DNA of 64,000 nt from Eledone cirrhosa (lineage: Eukaryota): the NCBI GenBank assembly GCA_964016885.1, contig OZ024758.1, forward strand, positions 34,658,001 to 34,722,000, given 5' to 3'. The notes beneath the pieces are model-generated. The model made no database searches. It was given only the letters and a program-made list of their open reading frames with translations, and was not told where the DNA came from. Shown here piece by piece: positions 1 through 12,899 of this stretch (positions within the stretch are counted from its first letter, which is position 1; the number at the start of each line of letters is the position of its first letter). The position numbers were made by a program, and so were the translations under genes.

Positions 1-1059
1 TAACTCCAATGTTGGTGAGAATTCATTTAAGTTCATGGTATTAGCTGTCAGAAGTAACTCCACTGTTGGTGAGAATTCATTTAAGTTCATGGTATTAGCT
101 GTCAGAAGTCACTCCAATGTTGGTGAGAATTCATTTAAGTTCATGGTATTAGCTGTCAGAAGTAACTCCACTGTTGGTGAGAATTCATTTAAGTTCATTG
201 TATTAGCTGTCAGAAGGAACGCCACTGTTGGTGAGAATTCATTTAAGTTCATGGTATTAGCTGTCAGAAGTAACTCCACTGTTGGTGAGAATTCATTTAA
301 GTTCATGGTACTAGCTGTCAGAAGTAACTCCAATGTTGGTGAGAATTCATTTAAGTTCATGGTATTAGCTGTCAGAAGTCACTCCAATGTTGGTGAGAAT
401 TCATTTAAGTTCATGGTATTAGCTGTCAGAAGTCACTCCACTGTTGGTAAGAATTCATTTAAGTTCATGGTATTAGCTGTCAGAAGTAACTCCACTGTTG
501 GTGAGAATTCATTTAAGTTCATGGTATTAGCTGTCAGAAGGAACGCCACTGTTGGTGAGAATTCATTTAAGTTCATGGTATTAGCTGTCAGAAGTAACTC
601 CACTGTTGGTGAGAATTCATTTAAGTTCATGGTACTAGCTGTCAGAAGTAACTCCACTGTTGGTGAGAATTCATTTAAGTTCATGGTATTAGCTGTCAGA
701 AGTCACTCCAATGTTGGTGAGAATTCATTTAAGTTCATGGTATTAGCTGTCAGAAGTCACTCCACTGTTGGTGAGAATTCATTTAAGTTCATGGTACTAG
801 CTGTCAGAAGTAACCCCAATGTTGGTGAGAATTCATTTAAGTTCATGGTATTAGCTGTCAGAAGTCACTCCAATGTTGGTGAGAATTCATTTAAGTTCAT
901 GGTATTAGCTGTCAGAAGTAACTCCACTGTTGGTGAGAATTCATTTAAGTTCATGGTATTAGCTGTCAGAAGTAACTCCACTGTTGGTGAGAATTCATTT
1001 AAGTTCATGGTATTAGCTGTCAGAAGTAACTCCACTGTTGGTGAGAATTCATTTAAGTC

Positions 1060-1490
1060 ATGGTATTAGCTGTCAGAAGTAACTCCAATGTTGGTGAGAA
1101 TTCATTTAAGTTCATGGTATTAGCTGTCAGAAGTCACTCCACTGTTGGTGAGAATTCATTTAAGTTCATGGTACTAGCTGTCAGAAGTAACCCCAATGTT
1201 GGTGAGAATTCATTTAAGTTCATGGTATTAGCTGTCAGAAGTCACTCCAATGTTGGTGAGAATTCATTTAAGTTCATGGTATTAGCTGTCAGAAGTAACT
1301 CCACTGTTGGTGAGAATTCATTTAAGTTCATGGTATTAGCTGTCAGAAGTAACTCCACTGTTGGTGAGAATTCATTTAAGTTCATGGTATTAGCTGTCAG
1401 AAGTAACTCCACTGTTGGTGAGAATTCATTTAAGTTCATGGTATTAGCTGTCAGAAGGAACTCCAATGTTGGTGAGAATTCATTTAAGTC
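1060..1490 (+). repeat. Example of the recurrent 8-monomer higher-order unit (431 bp, last monomer 53 bp)
   Basis: Variant order AAC-TCC-AAT / CAC-TCC-ACT / CTA..AAC-CCC-AAT / CAC-TCC-AAT / consensus x3 / AGG-AAC-TCC-AAT+delT. It recurs as near-identical 146-aa ORFs at 5699, 7477, 11198, 16053, 19666, 20689, 23601, 24624, 29530, 41452 and 45335. Confidence 0.9.
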
Positions 1491-2160
1491 ATGGTACTAG
1501 CTGTCAGAAGTAACTCCACTGTTGGTGTGAATTCATTTAAGTTCATGGTATTAGCTGTCAGAAGGAACGCCACTGTTGGTGAGAATTCATTTAAATTCAT
1601 GGTATTAGCTGTCAGAAGTAACTCCACTGTTGGTGAGAATTCATTTAAGTTCATTGTATTAGCTGTCAGAAGGAACGCCACTGTTGGTGAGAATTCATTT
1701 AAGTTCATGGTATTAGCTGTCAGAAGTAACTCCACTGTTGGTGAGAATTCATTTAAGTTCATGGTACTAGCTGTCAGAAGTAACTCCAATGTTGGTGAGA
1801 ATTCATTTAAGTTCATGGTATTAGCTGTCAGAAGGAACTCCACTGTTGCTGAGAATTCATTTAAGTTCATGGTATTAGCTGTCAGAAGTAACTCCACTGT
1901 TGGTGAGAATTCATTTAAGTTCATGGTACTAGCTGTCAGAAGTCACTCCACTGTTGGTGAGAATACATTTAAGTTCATGGTACTAGCTGTCAGAAGTAAC
2001 CCCAATGTTGGTGAGAATTCATTTAAGTTCATGGTATTAGCTGTCAGAAGTAACTCCACTGTTGGTGAGAATTCATTTAAGTTCATGGTACTAGCTGTCA
2101 GAAGTAACTCCAATGTTGGTGAGAATTCATTTAAGTTCATGGTATTAGCTGTCAGAAGGA

Positions 2161-5100
2161 ACTCCACTGTTGCTGAGAATTCATTTAAGTTCATGGTATT
2201 AGCTGTCAGAAGTAACTCCACTGTTGGTGAGAATTCATTTAAGTTCATGGTACTAGCTGTCAGAAGTCACTCCACTGTTGGTGAGAATACATTTAAGTTC
2301 ATGGTACTAGCTGTCAGAAGTAATCCCAATGTTGGTGAGAATTCATTTAAGTTCATGGTATTAGCTGTCAGAAGTCACTCCAATGTTGGTGAGAATTCAT
2401 TTAAGTTCATGGTATTAGCTGTCAGAAGTAACTCCACTGTTGGTAAGAATTCATTTAAGTTCATGGTATTAGCTGTCAGAAGTAACTCCACTGTTGGTGA
2501 GAATTCATTTAAGTTCATGGTATTAGCTGTCAGAAGGAACGCCACTGTTGGTGAGAATTCATTTAAGTTCATGGTATTAGCTGTCAGAAGTAACTCCACT
2601 GTTGGTGAGAATTCATTTAAGTTCATGGTACTAGCTGTCAGAAGTAACTCCACTGTTGGTGAGAATTCATTTAAGTTCATGGTATTAGCTGTCAGAAGTC
2701 ACTCCAATGTTGGTGAGAATTCATTTAAGTTCATGGTATTAGCTGTCAGAAGTCACTCCACTGTTGGTGAGAATTCATTTAAGTTCATGGTACTAGCTGT
2801 CAGAAGTAACCCCAATGTTGGTGAGAATTCATTTAAGTTCATGGTATTAGCTGTCAGAAGTCACTCCAATGTTGGTGAGAATTCATTTAAGTTCATGGTA
2901 TTAGCTGTCAGAAGTCACTCCAATGTTGGTGAGAATTCATTTAAGTTCATGGTATTAGCTGTCAGAAGTCACTCCACTGTTGGTGAGAATTCATGTAAGT
3001 TCATGGTACTAGCTGTCAGAAGTAACCCCAATGTTGGTGAGAATTCATTTAAGTTCATGGTATTAGCTGTCAGAAGTCACTCCAATGTTGGTGAGAATTC
3101 ATTTAAGTTCATGGTATTAGCTGTCAGAAGTAACTCCACTGTTGGTGAGAATTCATTTAAGTTCATGGTATTAGCTGTCAGAAGTCACTCCAATGTTGGT
3201 GAGAATTCATTTAAGTTCATGGTATTAGCTGTCAGAAGTAACTCCACTGTTGGTGAGAATTCATTTAAGTTCATGGTATTAGCTGTCAGAAGTAACTCCA
3301 CTGTTGGTGAGAATTCATTTAAGTTCATGGTATTAGCTGTCAGAAGTAACTCCACTGTTGGTGAGAATTCATTTAAGTCATGGTATTAGCTGTCAGAAGT
3401 AACTCCAATGTTGGTGAGAATTCATTTAGGTTCATGGTATTAGCTGTCAGAAGTCACTCCACTGTTGGTGAGAATTCATTTAAGTTCATGGTACTAGCTG
3501 TCAGAAGTAACCCCAATGTTGGTGAGAATTCATTTAAGTTCATGGTATTAGCTGTCAGAAGTCACTCCAATGTTGGTGAGAATTCATTTAAGTTCATGGT
3601 ATTAGCTGTCAGAAGTAACTCCACTGTTGGTGAGAATTCATTTAAGTTCATGGTATTAGCTGTCAGAAGTAACTCCACTGTTGGTGAGAATTCATTTAAG
3701 TTCATGGTATTAGCTGTCAGAAGTAACTCCACTGTTGGTGAGAATTCATTTAAGTCATGGTATTAGCTGTCAGAAGTAACTCCAATGTTGGTGAGAATTC
3801 ATTTAAGTTCATGGTATTAGCTGTCAGAAGTCACTCCACTGTTGGTGAGAATTCATTTAAGTTCATGGTACTAGCTGTCAGAAGTAACCCCAATGTTGGT
3901 GAGAATTCATTTAAGTTCATGGTATTAGCTGTCAGAAGTCACTCCAATGTTGGTGAGAATTCATTTAAGTTCATGGTATTAGCTGTCAGAAGTAACTCCA
4001 CTGTTGGTGAGAATTCATTTAAGTTCATGGTATTAGCTGTCAGAAGTAACTCCACTGTTGGTGAGAATTCATTTAAGTTCATGGTATTAGCTGTCAGAAG
4101 TAACTCCACTGTTGCTGAGAATTCATTTAAGTTCATGGTATTAGCTGTCAGAAGTAACTCCACTGTTGGTGAGAATTCATTTAAGTTCATGGTACTAGCT
4201 GTCAGAAGTCACTCCACTGTTGGTGAGAATACATTTAAGTTCATGGTACTAGCTGTCAGAAGTAATCCCAATGTTGGTGAGAATTCATTTAAGTTCATGG
4301 TATTAGCTGTCAGAAGTCACTCCAATGTTGGTGAGGATTCATTTAAGTTCATGGTATTAGCTGTCAGAAGTAACTCCACTGTTGGTAAGAATTCATTTAA
4401 GTTCATGGTATTAGCTGTCAGAAGTAACTCCACTGTTGGTGAGAATTCATTTAAGTTCATGGTATTAGCTGTCAGAAGGAACGCCACTGTTGGTGAGAAT
4501 TCATTTAAGTTCATGGTATTAGCTGTCAGAAGTAACTCCACTGTTGGTGAGAATTCATTTAAGTTCATGGTACTAGCTGTCAGAAGTAACTCCACTGTTG
4601 GTGAGAATTCATTTAAGTTCATGGTATTAGCTGTCAGAAGTCACTCCAATGTTGGTGAGAATTCATTTAAGTTCATGGTATTAGCTGTCAGAAGTCACTC
4701 CACTGTTGGTGAGAATTCATTTAAGTTCATGGTACTAGCTGTCAGAAGTAACCCCAATGTTGGTGAGAATTCATTTAAGTTCATGGTATTAGCTGTCAGA
4801 AGTCACTCCAATGTTGGTGAGAATTCATTTAAGTTCATGGTATTAGCTGTCAGAAGTCACTCCAATGTTGGTGAGAATTCATTTAAGTTCATGGTATTAG
4901 CTGTCAGAAGTCACTCCACTGTTGGTGAGAATTCATGTAAGTTCATGGTACTAGCTGTCAGAAGTAACCCCAATGTTGGTGAGAATTCATTTAAGTTCAT
5001 GGTATTAGCTGTCAGAAGTCACTCCAATGTTGGTGAGAATTCATTTAAGTTCATGGTATTAGCTGTCAGAAGTAACTCCACTGTTGGTGAGAATTCATTT

Positions 5101-6044
5101 AAGTTCATGGTATTAGCTGTCAGAAGTCACTCCAATGTTGGTGAGAATTCATTTAAGTTCATGGTATTAGCTGTCAGAAGTAACTCCACTGTTGGTGAGA
5201 ATTCATTTAAGTTCATGGTATTAGCTGTCAGAAGTAACTCCACTGTTGGTGAGAATTCATTTAAGTTCATGGTATTAGCTGTCAGAAGTAACTCCACTGT
5301 TGGTGAGAATTCATTTAAGTCATGGTATTAGCTGTCAGAAGTAACTCCAATGTTGGTGAGAATTCATTTAGGTTCATGGTATTAGCTGTCAGAAGTCACT
5401 CCACTGTTGGTGAGAATTCATTTAAGTTCATGGTACTAGCTGTCAGAAGTAACCCCAATGTTGGTGAGAATTCATTTAAGTTCATGGTATTAGCTGTCAG
5501 AAGTCACTCCAATGTTGGTGAGAATTCATTTAAGTTCATGGTATTAGCTGTCAGAAGTAACTCCACTGTTGGTGAGAATTCATTTAAGTTCATGGTATTA
5601 GCTGTCAGAAGTAACTCCACTGTTGGTGATAATTCATTTAAGTTCATGGTATTAGCTGTCAGAAGTAACTCCACTGTTGGTGAGAATTCATTTAAGTCAT
5701 GGTATTAGCTGTCAGAAGTAACTCCAATGTTGGTGAGAATTCATTTAAGTTCATGGTATTAGCTGTCAGAAGTCACTCCACTGTTGGTGAGAATTCATTT
5801 AAGTTCATGGTACTAGCTGTCAGAAGTAACCCCAATGTTGGTGAGAATTCATTTAAGTTCATGGTATTAGCTGTCAGAAGTCACTCCAATGTTGGTGAGA
5901 ATTCATTTAAGTTCATGGTATTAGCTGTCAGAAGTAACTCCACTGTTGGTGAGAATTCATTTAAGTTCATGGTATTAGCTGTCAGAAGTAACTCCACTGT
6001 TGGTGAGAATTCATTTAAGTTCATGGTATTAGCTGTCAGAAGTA
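2161..6044 (+). repeat. Tandem block duplication, period 1942 bp (36 monomers)
   Basis: Rare markers repeat at +1942: TAATCCC (~2321/4263), TCATGTAAG (2991/4933), TTCATTTAGG (3421/5363); delT positions 3379/5321 and 3756/5698. Boundaries approximate. Confidence 0.9.
3380..3756 (+). repeat. Example of the recurrent 7-monomer higher-order unit (377 bp, last monomer 53 bp)
   Basis: Same first seven monomers as the 8-mer, closed by the delT monomer. It recurs as near-identical 128-aa ORFs at 5322, 7100, 10821, 20312 and 24247. Confidence 0.9.
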
Positions 6045-8877
6045 ACTCCACTGTTGGTGAGAATTCATTTAAGTTCATGGTATTAGCTGTCAGAAGGAAC
6101 TCCAATGTTGGTGAGAATTCATTTAAGTCATGGTACTAGCTGTCAGAAGTAACTCCACTGTTGGTGAGAATTCATTTAAGTTCATGGTATTAGCTGTCAG
6201 AAGTAACTCCACTGTTGGTGAGAATTCATTTAAGTTCATGGTACTAGCTGTCAGAAGTAACTCCAATGTTGGTGAGAATTCATTTAAGTTCATGGTATTA
6301 GCTGTCAGAAGTAACTCCACTGTTGGTGAGAATTCATTTAAGTTCATGGTATTAGCTGTCAGAAGTCACTCCAATGTTGGTGAGAATTCATTTAAGTCAT
6401 GGTACTAGCTGTCAGAAGTAACTCCACTGTTGGTGAGAATTCATTTAAGTTCATTGTATTAGCTGTCAGAAGGAACGCAACTGTTGGTGAGAATTCATTT
6501 AAGTTCATGGTATTAGCTGTCAGAAGTAACTCCACTGTTGGTGAGAATTCATTTAAGTTCATGGTACTAGCTGTCAGAAGTAACTCCAATGTTGGTGAGA
6601 ATTCATTTAATTTCATGGTATTAGCTGTCAGAAGGAACTCCACTGTTGCTGAGAATTCATTTAAGTTCATGGTATTAGCTGTCAGAAGTAACTCCACTGT
6701 TGTTGAGAATTCATTTAAGTTCATGGTACTAGCTGTCAGAAGTCACTCCACTGTTGGTGAGAATTCATTTAAGTTCATGGTATTAGCTGTCAGAAGTCAC
6801 TCCAATGTTGGTGAGAATTCATTTAAGTTCATGGTATTAGCTGTCAGAAGTCACTCCACTGTTGGTGAGAATTCATTTAAGTTCATGTTACTAGCTGTCA
6901 GAAGTAACCCCAATGTTGGTGAGAATTCATTTAAGTTCATGGTATTAGCTGTCAGAAGTCACTCCAATGTTGGTGAGAATTCATTTAAGTTCATGGTATT
7001 AGCTGTCAGAAGTAACTCCACTGTTGGTGAGAATTCATTTAAGTTCATGGTATTAGCTGTCAGAAGTAACTCCACTGTTGGTGAGAATTCATTTAAGTCA
7101 TGGTATTAGCTGTCAGAAGTAACTCCAATGTTGGTGAGAATTCATTTAGGTTCATGGTATTAGCTGTCAGAAGTCACTCCACTGTTGGTGAGAATTCATT
7201 TAAGTTCATGGTACTAGCTGTCAGAAGTAACCCCAATGTTGGTGAGAATTCATTTAAGTTCATGGTATTAGCTGTCAGAAGTCACTCCAATGTTGGTGAG
7301 AATTCATTTAAGTTCATGGTATTAGCTGTCAGAAGTAACTCCACTGTTGGTGAGAATTCATTTAAGTTCATGGTATTAGCTGTCAGAAGTAACTCCACTG
7401 TTGGTGAGAATTCATTTAAGTTCATGGTATTAGCTGTCAGAAGTAACTCCACTGTTGGTGAGAATTCATTTAAGTCATGGTATTAGCTGTCAGAAGTAAC
7501 TCCAATGTTGGTGAGAATTCATTTAAGTTCATGGTATTAGCTGTCAGAAGTCACTCCACTGTTGGTGAGAATTCATTTAAGTTCATGGTACTAGCTGTCA
7601 GAAGTAACCCCAATGTTGGTGAGAATTCATTTAAGTTCATGGTATTAGCTGTCAGAAGTCACTCCAATGTTGGTGAGAATTCATTTAAGTTCATGGTATT
7701 AGCTGTCAGAAGTAACTCCACTGTTGGTGAGAATTCATTTAAGTTCATGGTATTAGCTGTCAGAAGTAACTCCACTGTTGGTGAGAATTCATTTAAGTTC
7801 ATGGTATTAGCTGTCAGAAGTAACTCCACTGTTGGTGAGAATTCATTTAAGTTCATGGTATTAGCTGTCAGAAGGAACTCCAATGTTGGTGAGAATTCAT
7901 TTAAGTCATGGTACTAGCTGTCAGAAGTAACTCCACTGTTGGTGAGAATTCATTTAAGTTCATGGTATTAGCTGTCAGAAGTAACTCCACTGTTGGTGAG
8001 AATTCATTTAAGTTCATGGTACTAGCTGTCAGAAGTAACTCCAATGTTGGTGAGAATTCATTTAAGTTCATGGTATTAGCTGTCAGAAGTAACTCCACTG
8101 TTGGTGAGAATTCATTTAAGTTCATGGTATTAGCTGTCAGAAGTCACTCCAATGTTGGTGAGAATTCATTTAAGTCATGGTACTAGCTGTCAGAAGTAAC
8201 TCCACTGTTGGTGAGAATTCATTTAAGTTCATTGTATTAGCTGTCAGAAGGAACGCAACTGTTGGTGAGAATTCATTTAAGTTCATGGTATTAGCTGTCA
8301 GAAGTAACTCCACTGTTGGTGAGAATTCATTTAAGTTCATGGTACTAGCTGTCAGAAGTAACTCCAATGTTGGTGAGAATTCATTTAATTTCATGGTATT
8401 AGCTGTCAGAAGGAACTCCACTGTTGCTGAGAATTCATTTAAGTTCATGGTATTAGCTGTCAGAAGTAACTCCACTGTTGTTGAGAATTCATTTAAGTTC
8501 ATGGTACTAGCTGTCAGAAGTCACTCCACTGTTGGTGAGAATTCATTTAAGTTCATGGTATTAGCTGTCAGAAGTCACTCCAATGTTGGTGAGAATTCAT
8601 TTAAGTTCATGGTATTAGCTGTCAGAAGTCACTCCACTGTTGGTGAGAATTCATTTAAGTTCATGTTACTAGCTGTCAGAAGTAACCCCAATGTTGGTGA
8701 GAATTCATTTAAGTTCATGGTATTAGCTGTCAGAAGTCACTCCAATGTTGGTGAGAATTCATTTAAGTTCATGGTATTAGCTGTCAGAAGTAACTCCACT
8801 GTTGGTGAGAATTCATTTAAGTTCATGGTATTAGCTGTCAGAAGTAACTCCACTGTTGGTGAGAATTCATTTAAGTC
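5322..8877 (+). repeat. Tandem block duplication, period 1778 bp (33 monomers)
   Basis: ORF starts 5322/7100, 5699/7477, 6130/7908 and 6399/8177 all differ by 1778. Shared rare markers AACGCAACT, TTTAATTTC, GTTGTTGAG and ATGTTACT. Boundaries approximate. Confidence 0.92.
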
Positions 8878-11800
8878 ATGGTATTAGCTGTCAGAAGTAA
8901 CTCCAATGTTGGTGAGAATTCATTTAAGTTCATGGTATTAGCTGTCAGAAGTCACTCCATTGTTGGTGAGAATTCATTTAAGTTCATGGTACTAGCTGTC
9001 AGAAGTAACCCCAATGTTGGTGAGAATTCATTTAAGTTCATGGTATTAGCTGTCAGAAGTCACTCCAATGTTGGTGAGAATTCATTTAAGTTCATGGTAT
9101 TAGCTGTCAGAAGTAACTCCACTGTTGGTGAGAATTCATTTAAGTTCATGGTATTAGCTGTCAGAAGTAACTCCACTGTTGGTGAGAATTCATTTAAGTT
9201 CATGGTATTAGCTGTCAGAAGGAACGCCACTGTTGGTGAGAATTCATTTAAATTCATGGTATTAGCTGTCAGAAGTAACTCCACTGTTGGTGAGAATTCA
9301 TTTAAGTTCATGGTACTAGCTGTCAGAAGTAACTCCAATGTTGGTGAGAATTCATTTAAGTTCATGGTATTAGCTGTCAGAAGGAATTCCACTGTTGCTG
9401 AGAATTCATTTAAGTTCATGGTATTAGCTGTCAGAAGTAACTCCACTGTTGGTGAGAATTCATTTAAGTTCATGGTACTAGCTGTCAGAAGTAACTCCAC
9501 TGTTGGTGAGAATTCATTTAAGTTCATGGTATTAGCTGTCAGAAGTCACTCCAATGTTGGTGAGAATTCATTTAAGTTCATGGTATTAGCTGTCAGAAGT
9601 CACTCCACTGTTGGTGAGAATACATTTAAGTTCATGGTACTAGCTGTCAGAAGTAACCCCAATGTTGGTGAGAATTCATTTAAGTTCATGGTATTAGCTG
9701 TCAGAAGTAACTCCACTGTTGGTGAGAATTCATTTAAGTTCATGGTACTAGCTGTCAGAAGTAACTCCAATGTTGGTGAGAATTCATTTAAGTTCATGGT
9801 ATTAGCTGTCAGAAGGAACTCCACTGTTGCTGAGAATTCATTTAAGTTCATGGTATTAGCTGTCAGAAGTAACTCCACTGTTGGTGAGAATTCATTTAAG
9901 TTCATGGTACTAGCTGTCAGAAGTCACTCCACTGTTGGTGAGAATACATTTAAGTTCATGGTACTAGCTGTCAGAAGTAACCCCAATGTTGGTGAGAATT
10001 CATTTAAGTTCATGGTATTAGCTGTCAGAAGGAACTCCACTGTTGCTGAGAATTCATTTACGTTCATGGTATTAGCTGTCAGAAGTCACTCCACTGTTGG
10101 TGAGAATTCATTTAAGTTCATGGTATTAGCTGTCAGAAGTCACTCCACTGTTGGTGAGAATTCATTTAAGTTCATGGTACTAGCTGTCAGAAGTAACCCC
10201 AATGTTGGTGAGAATTCATTTAAGTTCATGGTATTAGCTGTCAGAAGTCACTCCAATGTTGGTGAGAATTCATTTAAGTTCATGGTATTAGCTGTCAGAA
10301 GTCACTCCAATGTTGGTGAGAATTCATTTAAGTTCATGGTATTAGCTGTCAGAAGTCACTCCAATGTTGGTGAGAATTCATTTAAGTTCATGGTATTAGC
10401 TGTCAGAAGTAACTCCACTGTTGGTGAGAATTCATTTAAGTTCATGGTATTAGCTGTCAGAAGTAACTCCACTGTTGGTGAGAATTCATTTAAGTTCATG
10501 GTATTAGCTGTCAGAAGTCACTCCACTGTTGGTGAGAATTCATTTAAGTTCATGGTACTAGCTGTCAGAAGTAACCCCAATGTTGGTGAGAATTCATTTA
10601 AGTTCATGGTATTAGCTGTCAGAAGTCACTCCAATGTTGGTGAGAATTCATTTAAGTTCATGGTATTAGCTGTCAGAAGTAACTCCACTGTTGGTGAGAA
10701 TTCATTTAAGTTCATGGTATTAGCTGTCAGAAGTAACTCCACTGTTGGTGAGAATTCATTTAAGTTCATGGTATTAGCTGTTAGAAGTAACTCCACTGTT
10801 GGTGAGAATTCATTTAATTCATGGTATTAGCTGTCAGAAGTAACTCCAATGTTGGTGAGAATTCATTTAAGTTCATGTTATTAGCTGTCAGAAGTCACTC
10901 CACTGTTGGTGAGAATTCATTTAAGTTCATGGTACTAGCTGTCAGAAGTAACCCCAATGTTGGTGAGAATTCATTTAAGTTCATGGTATTAGCTGTCAGA
11001 AGTCACTCCAATGTTGGTGAGAATTCATTTAAGTTCATGGTATTAGCTGTCAGAAGTAACTCCACTGTTGGTGAGAATTCATTTAAGTTCATGGTATTAG
11101 CTGTCAGAAGTAACTCCACTGTTGGTGAGAATTCATTTAAGTTCATGGTATTAGCTGTCAGAAGTAACTCCACTGTTGGTGAGAATTCATTTAAGTCATG
11201 GTATTAGCTGTCAGAAGTAACTCCAATGTTGGTGAGAATTCATTTAAGTTCATGGTATTAGCTGTCAGAAGTCACTCCACTGTTGGTGAGAATTCATTTA
11301 AGTTCATGGTACTAGCTGTCAGAAGTAACCCCAATGTTGGTGAGAATTCATTTAAGTTCATGGTATTAGCTGTCAGAAGTCACTCCAATGTTGGTGAGAA
11401 TTCATTTAAGTTCATGGTATTAGCTGTCAGAAGTAACTCCACTGTTGGTGAGAATTCATTTAAGTTCATGGTATTAGCTGTCAGAAGTAACTCCACTGTT
11501 GGTGAGAATTCATTTAAGTTCATGGTATTAGCTGTCAGAAGTAACTCCACTGTTGGTGAGAATTCATTTAAGTTCATGATATTAGCTGTCAGAAGGAACT
11601 CCAATGTTGGTGAGAATTCATTTAAGTCATGGTACTAGCTGTCAGAAGTAACTCCACTGTTGGTGAGAATTCATTTAAGTTCATGGTATTAGCTGTCAGA
11701 AGGAACGCCACTGTTGGTGAGAATTCATTTAAATTCATGGTATTAGCTGTCAGAAGTAACTCCACTGTTGGTGAGAATTCATTTAAGTTCATGGTACTAG

Positions 11801-12899
11801 CTGTCAGAAGTAACTCCAATGTTGGTGAGAATTCATTTAAGTTCATGGTATTAGCTGTCAGAAGTAACTCCACTGTTGGTGAGAATTCATTTAAGTCATG
11901 GTACTAGCTGTCAGAAGTAACTCCACTGTTGGTGAGAATTCATTTAAGTTCATGGTATTAGCTGTCAGAAGTAACTCCACTGTTGGTGAGAATTCATTTA
12001 AGTTCATGGTACTAGCTGTCAGAAGTAACTCCAATGTTGGTGAGAATTCATTTAAGTTCATGGTATTAGCTGTCAGAAGTAACTCCACTGTTGGTAAGAA
12101 TTCATTTAAGTTCATGGTATTAGCTGTCAGAAGTAACTCCACTGTTGGTGAGAATTCATTTAAGTTCATGGTATTAGCTGTCAGAAGTAACTCCACTGTT
12201 GGTGAGAATTCATTTAAGTTCATGGTACTAGCTGTCAGAAGTAACTCCACTGTTGGTGAGAATTCATTTAAGTTCATGGTATTAGCTGTCAGAAGTCACT
12301 CCAATGTTGGTGAGAATTCATTTAATTTCATGGTATTAGCTGTCAGAAGTCACTCCACTGTTGGTGAGAATTCATTTAAGTTCATGGTACTAGCTGTCAG
12401 AAGTAACCCCAATGTTGGTGAGAATTCATTTAAGTTCATGGTATTAGCTGTCAGAAGTCACTCCAATGTTGGTGAGAATTCATTTAAGTTCATGGTATTA
12501 GCTGTCAGAAGTAACTCCACTGTTGGTGAGAATTCATTTAAGTTCATGGTATTAGCTGTCAGAAGTAACTCCACTGTTGGTGAGAATTCATTTAAGTTCA
12601 TGGTATTAGCTGTCAGAAGTAACTCCACTGTTGGTGAGAATTCATTTAAGTCATGGTATTAGCTGTCAGAAGTAACTCCAATGTTGGTGAGAATTCATTT
12701 AAGTTCATGGTATTAGCTGTCAGAAGTCACTCCACTGTTGGTGAGAATTCATTTAAGTTCATGGTACTAGCTGTCAGAAGTAACCCCAATGTTGGTGAGA
12801 ATTCATTTAAGTTCATGGTATTAGCTGTCAGAAGTCACTCCAATGTTGGTGAGAATTCATTTAAGTTCATGGTATTAGCTGTCAGAAGTAACTCCACTG

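Noticed and set aside
35-88. TVGENSF resembles the IGxxAF motif of BspA/TpLRR repeats, suggesting origin from a coding repeat
   Set aside because: Short-motif resemblance only. BspA repeats are about 23 aa, and nothing else indicates coding ancestry.
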